NCBI GenBank assembly: GCA_910583855.1
Contig: CAJTYL010000008.1
Coordinates: forward strand, 33,253-97,252
Direction of reading: 5' to 3'
From: an uncultured Christensenella sp.
Lineage (GTDB): Bacteria > Bacillota > Clostridia > Christensenellales > Borkfalkiaceae
DNA length: 64,000 nucleotides
Part shown: positions 39,754 to 49,327 of the stretch, piece after piece
Numbering within the stretch: position 1 is the first letter of the stretch
How the letters are laid out: the number at the start of each line of letters is the position of its first letter
Translations under genes and position numbers: made by a program
Notes under the pieces: model-generated
The model's input: the letters and a program-made list of their open reading frames with translations, nothing else
Told to the model about the DNA's origin: nothing
Databases searched by the model: none

Positions 39754-41498
39754 TAATTTGCCTTGAATTGGTATTTGTAAAGCTTCTCGTACGCGCCGCC
39801 CAAAGCAAGCAGCTCTTCATGCGTGCCACGCTCCTTTATCCCCTCCGCCGTCATAACTATTATTTCATCCGAGTTCTTTACGGTGGAAAGCCTGTGTGCA
39901 ACCACAAGCGTCGTCCTTCCCTCCGACAGCTTTTCAAGCGCGCCCTGTATAAGCGTTTCCGTTGCGTTATCCAATGCGGAGGTCGCCTCGTCTAAAATCA
40001 GTATCGGCGGATTTTTTAAGAAAGCTCGGGCGATGGACACCCTTTGCTTCTGTCCGCCCGAAAGCTTTACGCCCCGCTCGCCCACGCTCGTATCGTAGCC
40101 GTGCGGCAAGGAAATAATATAGTCGTGTATGTTAGCTTTCTTTGCCGCTTCTATAATCTCCTCTTCGGCGGCGTCAAAGTTGCCGTAGGCTATGTTCTCG
40201 CGTATAGTGCCGTTGAACAGATAAACGTCCTGCTGGACTATTCCTATGTTTTTTCGCAACGCCGACCGCTGTAAGTTGCGAATATCGTAACCGTCGACGG
40301 TTATTTTACCGCCGTCAATCTCGTAAAACCGCGGAATAAGGTGGCAAATCGTGGTCTTGCCGCCGCCTGACGGTCCGACGAGCGCCACAGTCTTGCCCGC
40401 GGGTATTCTCATTGAAAAGTCTGAAATAACTTCCTTTTCGTCGCCGTCGTTCTTATAGCTGAACGATACGCCGTCAAACTCTATGTCGCCCGCAAGCCTT
40501 TCGGGAAGTATCGCTTCGGGCGCATCCTCCTCTTCGGGAACGTCCATAATCTCGCAGAACCGTTTAAAGCCCGTCATCCCCTCCTGAATTTGCTCGAAAA
40601 TGTTGATAAGCGTACGGATAGGCGTTATCAGCGTGGTAACGTACAGCACGAAAGCGGCGAATTCGCCCGCGTCGATAAAATCGTAATAGAAGAACAATCC
40701 GCCAGAAAGAAGTACCGCGAAGTACAGAAAGTCCATAAAGAACGTCATCGAAGAATGAAATTCGCCCATTACCTTATACTGTCTGCTCTTCGCCTTGACA
40801 AACCGCGCGTTGCCCGCACCAAACTTTTCCTCCGCGTGCGCTTGCGCGCTGTACGCACGCGAAACGCGCATTCCCGACACCGCACTTTCTATATCGGCGT
40901 TTATTTCGCCTTGAACCACGCGGACTTCCTTAAACGCCCTTTTCATTCTTCGCCTTAACAGCACGGAAACGAGCACCCCGAACGGCACGACGGCAAACAC
41001 GATAAGCGCAAGATATACGTTTATAAAGCATAGCATAACGAACGCGCCGATTAAGGTTACGAGAGATAAAAAGACGTCTTCGGGACCGTGGTGCGCAAGC
41101 TCCGATATTTCAAACAGGTCGTTAGTCATACGGCTCATAATAACGCCCGTCTTGTTATCGTCAAAATAAGAAAACGGTAATTTTTGCAAGTGATTAAAAA
41201 GCTCGCTGCGCATATCCGCCTGCATTCTCACCCCGACGAGGTGACCCCAGTATTGCAAAACGTAGTTCAACGCCGCCTTTATAACGTACAGACCCAATAA
41301 AAGCCCTGCTGCAGCTAAAAGCAAATATAAAAACTTGTTCGGAACGTAGTTGTTTATAATCTCCTTCGTAATAAAAGGATAAACGAGGTTGAAAACCGAG
41401 ATTATAAACGCGCATATCATATCGATAATAAACAGCTTTCTGTGCGGGCAGTAATATTTTACAAACCGTTTTATCGTACCCTTTTTAATTTTTTGCAT
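39753..41498 (-). CDS. ABC transporter, fused permease/ATPase (type I exporter)
   Basis: Six-TM N-terminal half. Walker A GPSGGGKTT, signature LSGGQKQR, Walker B ILILDEATSALD. Confidence 0.9.
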   Translation of the reverse strand: MQKIKKGTIKRFVKYYCPHRKLFIIDMICAFIISVFNLVYPFITKEIINNYVPNKFLYLLLAAAGLLLGLYVIKAALNYVLQYWGHLVGVRMQADMRSELFNHLQKLPFSYFDDNKTGVIMSRMTNDLFEISELAHHGPEDVFLSLVTLIGAFVMLCFINVYLALIVFAVVPFGVLVSVLLRRRMKRAFKEVRVVQGEINADIESAVSGMRVSRAYSAQAHAEEKFGAGNARFVKAKSRQYKVMGEFHSSMTFFMDFLYFAVLLSGGLFFYYDFIDAGEFAAFVLYVTTLITPIRTLINIFEQIQEGMTGFKRFCEIMDVPEEEDAPEAILPERLAGDIEFDGVSFSYKNDGDEKEVISDFSMRIPAGKTVALVGPSGGGKTTICHLIPRFYEIDGGKITVDGYDIRNLQRSALRKNIGIVQQDVYLFNGTIRENIAYGNFDAAEEEIIEAAKKANIHDYIISLPHGYDTSVGERGVKLSGGQKQRVSIARAFLKNPPILILDEATSALDNATETLIQGALEKLSEGRTTLVVAHRLSTVKNSDEIIVMTAEGIKERGTHEELLALGGAYEKLYKYQFKAN

Positions 41499-41565
41499 TT
41501 TTTACCTTTAAGAATATCAGCCTGCGCGGCGTTCCTCCGCGCAGGCGCGTTAAATTTATTTTGCT

Positions 41566-42627
41566 TTAAAACCCCTTTACGACCTCTTCATTGAGAGCTT
41601 TGCAAAGCTCTTCGCCCAAGGCGACCACACTGTAGAAATCCTCTTTTACGGCAATGCAGTTAAAGGTGTGAATGTACCTTACGGGAATGCCCGCGACTAT
41701 TACGGGCGTACCGCCGTTTGCAGAGATAATATACGCGCCGTTATTGCCGCCGCCCAGCCTAACCGCCATCTGCACTTTAATGTTTTTCTTCTTCGCAACG
41801 TCCCTTGCAAACCCCGTAAAACGTGGAGTGCAAATAACGGTTGCGTCCATATGGCGGAGCATAACGCCCCCGCGCAGCGCGTCCTGCACCATATAGGAAG
41901 GCGCACTAGTGTCGTCGGCGGGACAGCCCTCGAAGCAAATTGCCGCCGTGGGTTTAAGCCTGTTCATAGCGGCAACGATTCCCCTTTCGCCCACCTCTTC
42001 CTGTGAAGAAATCACGCCGACCACGTCCTGCGGCAAGCTGCAATTTTGCAAGTCCTTTACACACTTTAAAAGCGCGGCTACGCCCAATCTGTCGTCAAAC
42101 GCTTTACCATGTAACACGCCGTGTTTTTCGTCGCAAACGAAAGGCGAATAAGGCACTACGGGTTGACCGATTTCCACACCGAACGACGCGGCTTCTTCTA
42201 AGCTAGTCGCACCTATATCTATCACAAGATTATCGTAGCTTACGGGCGCATTTCGCTGTTCCGCAGTCATTAAATGAGGCGATCCTGCAGCAATTACCCC
42301 CAATATATGCCCCGTTTTCGTGCATATTTGCACTTTCGAGGACGGCAGGCTTTTTTCGTTCCAACCGCCTACGGGTATAAACCTCAGCGTACCGTCGGGC
42401 TTTATCGCCTGCACCATAAAACCCACCTCGTCGGAGTGCGCGTCCAATAAAATATACGGGCGGTTGCCCTTGTTGTATTTGGGGTAAATATAGAGATTGC
42501 GCATGCTGTCCTCTTCGAAATCGGCAACACCTTTTAAGTACTCTCTTGCAACCTTCAAAACCTCGTCCTCAAAGCCCGAAGCCCCGCGGCAATTACATAG
42601 TTTTTCAATTAATTCCAGATCGTTCAT
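41566..42627 (-). CDS. M42 family metallopeptidase (FrvX/CelM-like aminopeptidase)
   Basis: LIEKLCNCRGASGFEDEV and LLDAHSDEVGFMV motifs. The start is taken at ATG 42625-42627 (AGAGGT RBS 8 nt upstream). The track start at 42750 would overlap the upstream gene by 110 nt. Confidence 0.85.
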   Translation of the reverse strand: MNDLELIEKLCNCRGASGFEDEVLKVAREYLKGVADFEEDSMRNLYIYPKYNKGNRPYILLDAHSDEVGFMVQAIKPDGTLRFIPVGGWNEKSLPSSKVQICTKTGHILGVIAAGSPHLMTAEQRNAPVSYDNLVIDIGATSLEEAASFGVEIGQPVVPYSPFVCDEKHGVLHGKAFDDRLGVAALLKCVKDLQNCSLPQDVVGVISSQEEVGERGIVAAMNRLKPTAAICFEGCPADDTSAPSYMVQDALRGGVMLRHMDATVICTPRFTGFARDVAKKKNIKVQMAVRLGGGNNGAYIISANGGTPVIVAGIPVRYIHTFNCIAVKEDFYSVVALGEELCKALNEEVVKGF

Positions 42628-42640
42628 AATTTTTACCTCT

Positions 42641-43318
42641 TTAATTTTTACCGTTAACAAGAACGGGCAAAACGTCAACGCCCTCTTTGCCGCCCTTGAC
42701 CGCCTCCACCATAACGAGGTAAGGCTTTGCAGACGGCGTGCCCGCAACAAACTGCATTCTTTTCGGCTCCAGCCCGCGCTTCTTCAAAAGGAAGATAAGC
42801 TCCGCCGCTCTGTCCGAGCGGTTAATAATATTCAGCCTTCCGCCGAATTTAAGCTTGCAGTATGCCGTCTCTACGATTTCTTTTAAGGTTAACGTAATTT
42901 CCTTACGACACACCGCGCGCTCGTATACCTCGTCCTCGAACCCGCTTTTTTCGTACGGCGGATTGCAAAGAATAAGCGAAAACTTGTCGTCGTACTCCCT
43001 GCCGATATCCTGTAAGCGGGTGCAGACCGCTTCGCAGTCAAATCCGTTCAGCTCAGCCGTGCGGCGGGACATATCGGCAAGCTGTTCCTGCATTTCAAAC
43101 AGCGTAAGGCTTTCCGTTTTAGGATTCAAGCAAAGAAAGTGAAAGCCGACTACACCGCTGCCCGAACAAAAATCGGCAACCCTGTCGCCGTATTTGAACC
43201 GCGCAAACCTTGACAGCAGCACGCTGTCGGACGTAAAACGGTATAATTTCGTATTCTGTATTATCTTTTTATCTTCAAAAAATTCTTCTAGAACTTCGTT
43301 TTCTTTAAGAACGGGCAT
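42641..43318 (-). CDS. SAM-dependent methyltransferase, TrmN6/YabB-like (tRNA adenine-N6)
   Basis: VADFCSGSGVVG SAM motif and LILCNPPYEKSG (NPPY) catalytic motif. Its position matches B. subtilis yabB downstream of yaaT. Confidence 0.75.
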   Translation of the reverse strand: MPVLKENEVLEEFFEDKKIIQNTKLYRFTSDSVLLSRFARFKYGDRVADFCSGSGVVGFHFLCLNPKTESLTLFEMQEQLADMSRRTAELNGFDCEAVCTRLQDIGREYDDKFSLILCNPPYEKSGFEDEVYERAVCRKEITLTLKEIVETAYCKLKFGGRLNIINRSDRAAELIFLLKKRGLEPKRMQFVAGTPSAKPYLVMVEAVKGGKEGVDVLPVLVNGKN

Positions 43319-43371
43319 AGCCGCCTCCGTACGTTAATCGTTGCGGTAAGATAAAACGTGAAGTTAACAAT

Positions 43372-43402
43372 AAAAAAGCGGGCTTTTGAAACCCGCTTTT
43401 TT
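43372..43402 (-). terminator. Terminator after the ferredoxin gene
   Basis: AGCGGG (43377-43382) / CCCGCT (43392-43397), flanked by A-runs and T-runs (AAAAAAGCGGGCTTTTGAAACCCGCTTTTTT). Confidence 0.65.
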
Positions 43403-43410
43403 ACTCATAA

Positions 43411-43581
43411 TTAGTCCGCGTGTATTGCTCCTGTAGGGCAAACGTCTTCGCAAGCACCGCAATCGATGCAAACGTCGGGGTCAACTACGTATTTATCGGG
43501 ACCTTCCGAAATTGCCTCTACGGGGCAAGTGCCGGCGCAAGCACCGCAGCTTACGCACTCGTCAGAAATAGAGTGTGCCAT
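43411..43581 (-). CDS. 2x[4Fe-4S] ferredoxin (56 aa), not in the ORF track
   Basis: Hand translation MAHSISDECVSCGACAGTCPVEAISEGPDKYVVDPDVCIDCGACEDVCPTGAIHAD has two CxxCxxCxxxCP motifs. GGAGGAACAAT lies upstream of the ATG at 43579-43581. Confidence 0.85.
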   Translation of the reverse strand: MAHSISDECVSCGACAGTCPVEAISEGPDKYVVDPDVCIDCGACEDVCPTGAIHAD

Positions 43582-43664
43582 ATTGTTCCTCCAAGTTTTG
43601 TCAGTAATTTGAATTATATCACAACTTTTTTAGCGTGTAAAGCGGTTGTTTAAAATTTTTATCG

Positions 43665-44816
43665 TTAATTTTTATTTGCGGGCTCTTCTTTTTTCCGCGG
43701 GCGTTCGTCTTTACGCTTACCGTTTTTCCCCGAACGGAAGTTTCCGCCACCGTTTTGCGGCTTGTTTTGTCCGTTTCCCGCGTTTTTCGGCGGTCTTTCG
43801 CCATGTTTATTTTCGCTGCCTGCCCCGCTTTGGGCTGCACGGGGGGTATTTCCGCCGTTTCTGTTCTTCTTTTTTCGCTTGTTGCGGTTGCCGTTCTTCC
43901 TGTTCTCTGCGCCGTCCTGCACCGCTTCTTCTCTTATTTTTTCCGAAATTACGTCTTTTATTCCGTTATCTTCGTCCGCCTCTTCGTAATTATCCGCCCG
44001 TCCGTCGCCGTTAAGCTCTTCAACAGTAAAGTCCTTATAGCTTACTATGTCGCGCGTCTTATCCTCAATTCTTACCCGAACCTGCATTTTCAGCATATTC
44101 ACGTTCACTACCGTGCCGACCCCTTCGGGAGTACTCAGCTCGGAACCTATTTTGGGCATCTGCTTGCAGGTTTCGGCGTAGTAGTCGTTCTCATACCCCA
44201 AACAGCACATCAGCCTTCCGCAAAGTCCTGAAATTTTCTGAGGATTTAAAGAAAGACCCTGCGTCTTCGCCATTTTTATGGATACTTTCTTAACGTCGGG
44301 CATGCAGCTTGAACAGCAGCATTCCCTTCCACAGGGTGAAATCCCGCCGATCAACTTGATTTCGTCGCGTATGCCCACCTGACGGAGCTCTATGCGCATA
44401 CGGAAGCAGGAAGAAAGCTCTTTGACCAATTCCCTGAAATCTACGCGTTGAGGCGCAGAATAGTAGAAAACCGCCTTGGAACCGTCGAAAGCGAACTCGC
44501 AGTCGATAAGCTTCATTTCAAGATTGTGTTTTTCAATCTTCTCCCGTACGGTTTTCATCGCTTCGGGGCGCCTCTCGATATTTCTCCTGTGCGTTTCGTC
44601 GTCTCTGGGCGTAGCCGCCCTTATAACGGGCTTTAGCGGAAGCACCAGCATACCGTCGTCCACTTCCGCGCGGGCAACCGTGACCGTAGCGTACTCTATC
44701 CCGCGGGAGGTTTCCACGATTACCCCCTCCCCTACCTTATATTCTTCGTTTTCTTTAGGCGCAAAATAATACGTTTTGCCCCCCTCCTTGAAAACTACTG
44801 CTGTAATCGTTGCCAT
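43665..44816 (-). CDS. ricT: PSP1-domain protein RicT/YaaT with a ~100-aa basic Gly/Asn/Lys-rich C-terminal tail
   Basis: PSP1 core with Cys cluster ISPCGRECCCSSCM...GLCGRLMCCLGYE. The tail is NRKNGNRNKRKKKNRNGGN...GGGNFRSGKNGKRKDERPRKKEEPANKN. Confidence 0.88.
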   Translation of the reverse strand: MATITAVVFKEGGKTYYFAPKENEEYKVGEGVIVETSRGIEYATVTVARAEVDDGMLVLPLKPVIRAATPRDDETHRRNIERRPEAMKTVREKIEKHNLEMKLIDCEFAFDGSKAVFYYSAPQRVDFRELVKELSSCFRMRIELRQVGIRDEIKLIGGISPCGRECCCSSCMPDVKKVSIKMAKTQGLSLNPQKISGLCGRLMCCLGYENDYYAETCKQMPKIGSELSTPEGVGTVVNVNMLKMQVRVRIEDKTRDIVSYKDFTVEELNGDGRADNYEEADEDNGIKDVISEKIREEAVQDGAENRKNGNRNKRKKKNRNGGNTPRAAQSGAGSENKHGERPPKNAGNGQNKPQNGGGNFRSGKNGKRKDERPRKKEEPANKN

Positions 44817-45709
44817 TTTTTATTCTCCTTGACGACTTTAAGTAAAAAGTCGTACAAAAGCCCTTGAAAGTTTGCGTTGAATTTCAAATCGGCAAACGCC
44901 CCGTTCAACTCTTCAAGCGCGTAAACTATAGCGGCGGTACTTAGAACCTTTGCCGCCTTCCCTTCGCCGTTCAATGCTGAAAAATAACACCTTTGCATCT
45001 CGCAAAGAAGCTCTGTTTTATACTTCGTTTCCCCGTACTTTATCGCAACCGCGCCGATATCTCCGACGCGCACAGTGGTGCAAATTTCCTCCGCCGCGGC
45101 AAGCACCTCTTCAAACCAACCGCCGCCCGTCATATTCTCCGCAACACCCAAAATCCCGCCCGAGCTTATTGCGGCGGCCGCGTTTATTTCCGCGTGTCCC
45201 GCGCGCTCCAAAGCGGCGTAAATCTGCTCCTCGGTAAAGGGAGGAACCGAAAGAATTTTTACGCGGGATTTGACCGTGTCCAGAACAGGCGCAAGCGATG
45301 ACGCCCCCAAGAGAAAATGAACGCCCTCGCAGGGCTCTTCCAAAGTCTTTAAAAGCTTGTTTTGCAGCAATGCGGAAGCGTTCTCGAACCCGCATATCGC
45401 GTAAAGCTTTTTGTCGCCCTCGACGGGGCGCATAACGCTGTCCTCTAAAATTTCGCCCACGCCGTCGGCGGCAATCTTCGCGCCCTCCTGCGGGTAAATT
45501 TTAAAATCGGGATAACTGCCGTTAAGTATTCTTGCGCCGAGAGCCGTTCCAGCGTCCGTTCCGAAAAACTCGAGCGCGAAAAGCTTCAACGCCGCGCGCA
45601 TGTTCTTAACGTCGGGAAAGTCAAGCATATATGCGTGCGAAAGTCTTCCCGTGAGCCTGTCGCCGGATAAAATTTTATACGCCGTCGTTCCCTTTAAAAG
45701 AATTTCCAC
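44795..45709 (-). CDS. holB: DNA polymerase III delta-prime subunit
   Basis: SHAYML, NKLLKTLEEP and HFLLGA motifs. Synteny with tmk upstream and ricT downstream. Confidence 0.85.
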   Translation of the reverse strand: MEILLKGTTAYKILSGDRLTGRLSHAYMLDFPDVKNMRAALKLFALEFFGTDAGTALGARILNGSYPDFKIYPQEGAKIAADGVGEILEDSVMRPVEGDKKLYAICGFENASALLQNKLLKTLEEPCEGVHFLLGASSLAPVLDTVKSRVKILSVPPFTEEQIYAALERAGHAEINAAAAISSGGILGVAENMTGGGWFEEVLAAAEEICTTVRVGDIGAVAIKYGETKYKTELLCEMQRCYFSALNGEGKAAKVLSTAAIVYALEELNGAFADLKFNANFQGLLYDFLLKVVKENKKWQRLQQ

Positions 45710-46348
45710 TTAATTTATTATCTTTCTGTCCCTTAATAATTTTCTTACGTTTTCAGCCGTCTCTTCCTTGCTTCCGCCGCAGTAAACGGCGCATATATCG
45801 GGGTGTTTCGCCAAAAGCGCCTTGTATCCCGCATATACTTTTTTATGAAATCCAAGCCCCATCTGCTCGATTCTGTCGTTTACGTCCGCCCCGCGCTTCC
45901 TTTTGAATGCGTCCTCTGGCGAAATATCGAGAAACACCGTTATATCAGGGGGGTAATCGCTTAAAGCGACGGCGTTTATCTCTTCTATGAACTTCTCCCC
46001 GAGCCCCCTTGCAAAGCCCTGATAGGCAAGCGAAGAATAAACGTATCTGTCGCAAATTACTGTTTTACCCGTTTCAAGCGCAGGCGCGATTATCTCGCGC
46101 AGGTGCTGTATTCTTGCCGCAGCGTATAAAAGCGCTTCGCACTCGTCGCACATCGCGGTATTCTTGCCGTTTAAAATAATTTTTCTTATGTCCTCGGAAA
46201 TGCCGCTTCCGCCGGGCTCCCTCGTCAAAATAAAGTCTGCGCCGATAGAAGTTAAATATTCGGAAAGCAACCGAAGCTGAGTGCTTTTACCCGAACCTTC
46301 ACACCCCTCGAAGGTTATAAATTTCCCTCTCATTTCTTGACCACCCAA
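45710..46348 (-). CDS. tmk: Thymidylate kinase
   Basis: GKFITFEGCEGSGKSTQ P-loop, TREPGG and DRY motifs. An alternative start lies at 46333. Confidence 0.92.
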   Translation of the reverse strand: MGGQEMRGKFITFEGCEGSGKSTQLRLLSEYLTSIGADFILTREPGGSGISEDIRKIILNGKNTAMCDECEALLYAAARIQHLREIIAPALETGKTVICDRYVYSSLAYQGFARGLGEKFIEEINAVALSDYPPDITVFLDISPEDAFKRKRGADVNDRIEQMGLGFHKKVYAGYKALLAKHPDICAVYCGGSKEETAENVRKLLRDRKIIN

Positions 46349-47670
46349 ATCTTATCGCCGACGAGTCCGAAAGTACTTCCCTGATACAAAAGGGATCTTA
46401 CCGCACCCTCCGTAATCATTTCACCCGCAGCGATTATGGGTATGCAAGGCGGGGTAACGCCCGCATTCTCTGCGCACATTCTTCCGACCGACTGCACGAG
46501 CGGTATAAGCTCCCTCTTCTGCTTCAACGCATACTGGAAGCTGTAAGTCCTTGCCGTCACGGGCATGGGCGGGCGTGCAATGAAATTCTTCTTCAATCGT
46601 TTGTCCCCCACGATAGCGGTAAGCGCCGTCAAGAGGTTGCTCAAATCGTTTGGCACCGTCATCGGCGAAAGATAAAAAAGTAAATACTTGCCGTCGGCAA
46701 GCTCGCTGTAGACGCCCCTCTTTTCAAGAATGTTCGCCGCCGTATAAGACGAAACGCCCAGTTCTTCGAAGTCAATGGCGATTTTCGTCCAGTCCTCCGA
46801 CGGATAAAGCTTCAATGGGCACTTTTCCCTGAACGTCGCAACGGCGTTCTTTGCGTCGGTAATAAGCTTGATATTGTTTGCGATATATTTGAACGCGTAC
46901 TCTACCGACGCCATTATGGGATAGCTCGGCGAAGTAGTCCTGAAATAAGACAGCCCCTCCTCGAGAAGGGGAAGCAACTTATCGTTATTCCCGGAAACGA
47001 CCGCACCCTGCGTTAATGCGGGCAAACTTTTGTGCGCGCCGTCTACCCAAAGGTCTGCAAAAGACCCGGCGTGCCCCTTCTTCGCCTCTTCGAATGCAAG
47101 GTGTGCGCCGTGCGCGCCGTCTACGAGAAGATACCGCCCATACTTTTTAAGTATATCTGAATATTCTTTCAGAGGCGCTATATTGCCGAAATAATCCGGC
47201 GAAGTCACAATCATTCCGCTTATAGTCCTGTCGTTCGACACGAGCTTTTCGATAAGCGAAGGCGAGGGCGGCAAAAGAACCCCTTCGTCGTGAGCGCCCT
47301 GAACTATAACGGGCTCGAGGTTGAAAAGCTTACAAGCGTTCCACACGCTGACGTGGCAATTCCTCGGCACGATGACCTTGTTGCCGAACTTGGACAGCGC
47401 GTACATCATTGCAAGCACGCCCGAGGACGAACCGTCGGTCAGAATAAAGCTCTTTTTTGCGCCGAGAATTTCGGCAAGCTCGCTTTGCGCCTTGGCGATT
47501 ATGCCCGTAGGGCATAAAAGATTGTCCGAATACGAAAGCTCGGTTATATCGAACGGCGCGACGGGGAATTTCGATTTGAAGTCCCCCCTTGCCTTGTGCC
47601 CCGGCATATGGAAGGACTTATCAGCCTTGGCGTACGCTTTTAATTGTGAATATATCAAATACTTATACAT
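46330..47670 (-). CDS. PLP-dependent Orn/Lys/Arg decarboxylase family protein (YaaO-like)
   Basis: SFHMPGHKARGDF N-terminal motif and DGAHKSLPALTQG (PLP lysine). It sits upstream of tmk, as in B. subtilis. Confidence 0.85.
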   Translation of the reverse strand: MYKYLIYSQLKAYAKADKSFHMPGHKARGDFKSKFPVAPFDITELSYSDNLLCPTGIIAKAQSELAEILGAKKSFILTDGSSSGVLAMMYALSKFGNKVIVPRNCHVSVWNACKLFNLEPVIVQGAHDEGVLLPPSPSLIEKLVSNDRTISGMIVTSPDYFGNIAPLKEYSDILKKYGRYLLVDGAHGAHLAFEEAKKGHAGSFADLWVDGAHKSLPALTQGAVVSGNNDKLLPLLEEGLSYFRTTSPSYPIMASVEYAFKYIANNIKLITDAKNAVATFREKCPLKLYPSEDWTKIAIDFEELGVSSYTAANILEKRGVYSELADGKYLLFYLSPMTVPNDLSNLLTALTAIVGDKRLKKNFIARPPMPVTARTYSFQYALKQKRELIPLVQSVGRMCAENAGVTPPCIPIIAAGEMITEGAVRSLLYQGSTFGLVGDKIWVVKK

Positions 47671-47777
47671 AACGTCTCCTCACAAATTTTCTTTGCTATT
47701 CTGCGCAAATAAAATTTCGTGAATTTCAGGTGCTTCTTTCTCAAACAGCGTGGTTTTTACCGCCGCCGATAATTATT

Positions 47778-49313
47778 TTATTTCTTTGGTTTCATAGTGG
47801 GGAATAAAAGCACGTCCCTTATTGTCGCGCTGTCGGTCAACAGCATAACCAGCCTGTCCACGCCGAAACCGAGACCGCCCGTGGGGGGCAATCCGTATTC
47901 GAGCGCCGTAACGAAGTCCTCGTCAATCTGCGCGTTACAGCTGGGCTCCTGTGCGCGTTTTTCCTCAACCTGCTTTACGAACCTCTGTTTTTGGTCTATG
48001 GGGTCGTTTAATTCCGAAAAGGCGTTGCCGAACTCGTGCGCACAGATAAAATATTCAAATCTCTGTGTGAATGCGGGGTCGCCCTCTTTGCGCTTAGCCA
48101 ACGGCGAATTTTCCACGGGATAATCGTAGATAAAAGTGGGCTGAATCAACTTTTCTTCGACGAAGTTATCGAAAAGCGCTATAAGCACGTGTCCCTTAGT
48201 CGCATTTTCTCCTTCTTCCACCGTAACGCCCAGCTTCTTTGCGCAGGCGCGGGCGTCCTCGTCCGTTGCCCAGTCGTCGTAGTCTGCTCCCGCAAACTTC
48301 TTTACGGCTTCCTTCATCGTCATACGCGCCCACTTGCCGCCGAGATGGATTTCCGTACCCTGATAGATAACGTCAGTCGTGCCGCAGGTGTTCTTGGCAA
48401 TCGTTGCGTACATATCCTCTACGAGGTCCATCATATCGAAGTAATCAAGATACGCCGCATAGCACTCAACCGTGGTAAATTCGGGGTTGTGGAAGGCGTC
48501 CATTCCCTCGTTGCGGAATATGCGCCCAACCTCGTAAACACGGTTTAGACCCCCTACTATGAGCCGTTTAAGGTATAATTCTGTCTCAATCCTGAGGTAC
48601 ATATCGATATCGAGCGCGTTGTGTTTCGTCTTGAAAGGTCTTGCCGCCGCGCCAATCTCCAGCGTGTTTAAAACTGGAGTATCAACCTCTAAAAATCCGC
48701 AGCCGTCAAGGTAATCGCGGATAGCCGAAATGATTTTGGAACGCTTAACGAAGGTGCTTTTCACCTCGGGGTTCACTATCAAATCGAGTTCCCGCCTGCG
48801 GTATCTTATGTCGGTGTCTTTCAGTCCGTGCTGTTTTTCAGGCAAGGGCAAAAGGCACTTTGAAAGCATCTCTATATGAGAACAGTGTACGGACACTTCG
48901 CCCGTCTGCGTCTTGAAAACGTAGCCCTTAACGCCCACCACGTCGCCTATATCGTAGTCCTTTTTGAAGGATGCGTATTCGTCCTCGCCAACGTCGTCGC
49001 GCTTCACGTAAATCTGCAAAAGCCCCTCGCCGTCCTGAATATGCGCAAAGGAAGCCTTGCCCATAATGCGGCGGGACATAAGCCTGCCGGCAACGGATAC
49101 CTCTTTACCGTCAAGGTTATCGAAGTCCGCTTTAATCTGCTCCGACTGCGCGGTGGTTTCGTACTTGACTTTTACAAACGGGTTCTTACCCTCTTCACTG
49201 AGCTTTGCAAGCTTTTCGCGGCGGATGCGCGCCTGCTCCGCAAGCGCAATCGCCTCTTCCTCTTCACTCGAAGCAAAGTCCTGATTGTTAACTTTTTGTA
49301 TGTTTTCTGCCAT
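47778..49313 (-). CDS. lysS: Lysine--tRNA ligase (class II)
   Basis: OB-fold N-terminal domain and class II motifs FRNEG...HNPEFT and GGLGFGVDRLVMLL. Confidence 0.95.
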   Translation of the reverse strand: MAENIQKVNNQDFASSEEEEAIALAEQARIRREKLAKLSEEGKNPFVKVKYETTAQSEQIKADFDNLDGKEVSVAGRLMSRRIMGKASFAHIQDGEGLLQIYVKRDDVGEDEYASFKKDYDIGDVVGVKGYVFKTQTGEVSVHCSHIEMLSKCLLPLPEKQHGLKDTDIRYRRRELDLIVNPEVKSTFVKRSKIISAIRDYLDGCGFLEVDTPVLNTLEIGAAARPFKTKHNALDIDMYLRIETELYLKRLIVGGLNRVYEVGRIFRNEGMDAFHNPEFTTVECYAAYLDYFDMMDLVEDMYATIAKNTCGTTDVIYQGTEIHLGGKWARMTMKEAVKKFAGADYDDWATDEDARACAKKLGVTVEEGENATKGHVLIALFDNFVEEKLIQPTFIYDYPVENSPLAKRKEGDPAFTQRFEYFICAHEFGNAFSELNDPIDQKQRFVKQVEEKRAQEPSCNAQIDEDFVTALEYGLPPTGGLGFGVDRLVMLLTDSATIRDVLLFPTMKPKK

Positions 49314-49327
49314 AAATTTACCTGTTT

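Noticed and set aside
42628-42750. Track start of the M42 peptidase at 42750 (41 extra Arg/Leu-rich codons).
   Set aside because: It would overlap the upstream methyltransferase gene by 110 nt. The ATG at 42627 has an AGAGGT RBS and gives the family-typical N-terminus MNDLELIEKL.
43420-43653. Plus-strand 77-aa ORF.
   Set aside because: The opposite strand encodes a textbook 2x[4Fe-4S] ferredoxin (43411-43581) with RBS and terminator. The plus ORF has no motif.
49314-49327. Possible T-box or other leader upstream of lysS.
   Set aside because: The greA-lysS gap is only 14 bp. lysS is evidently co-transcribed with greA.
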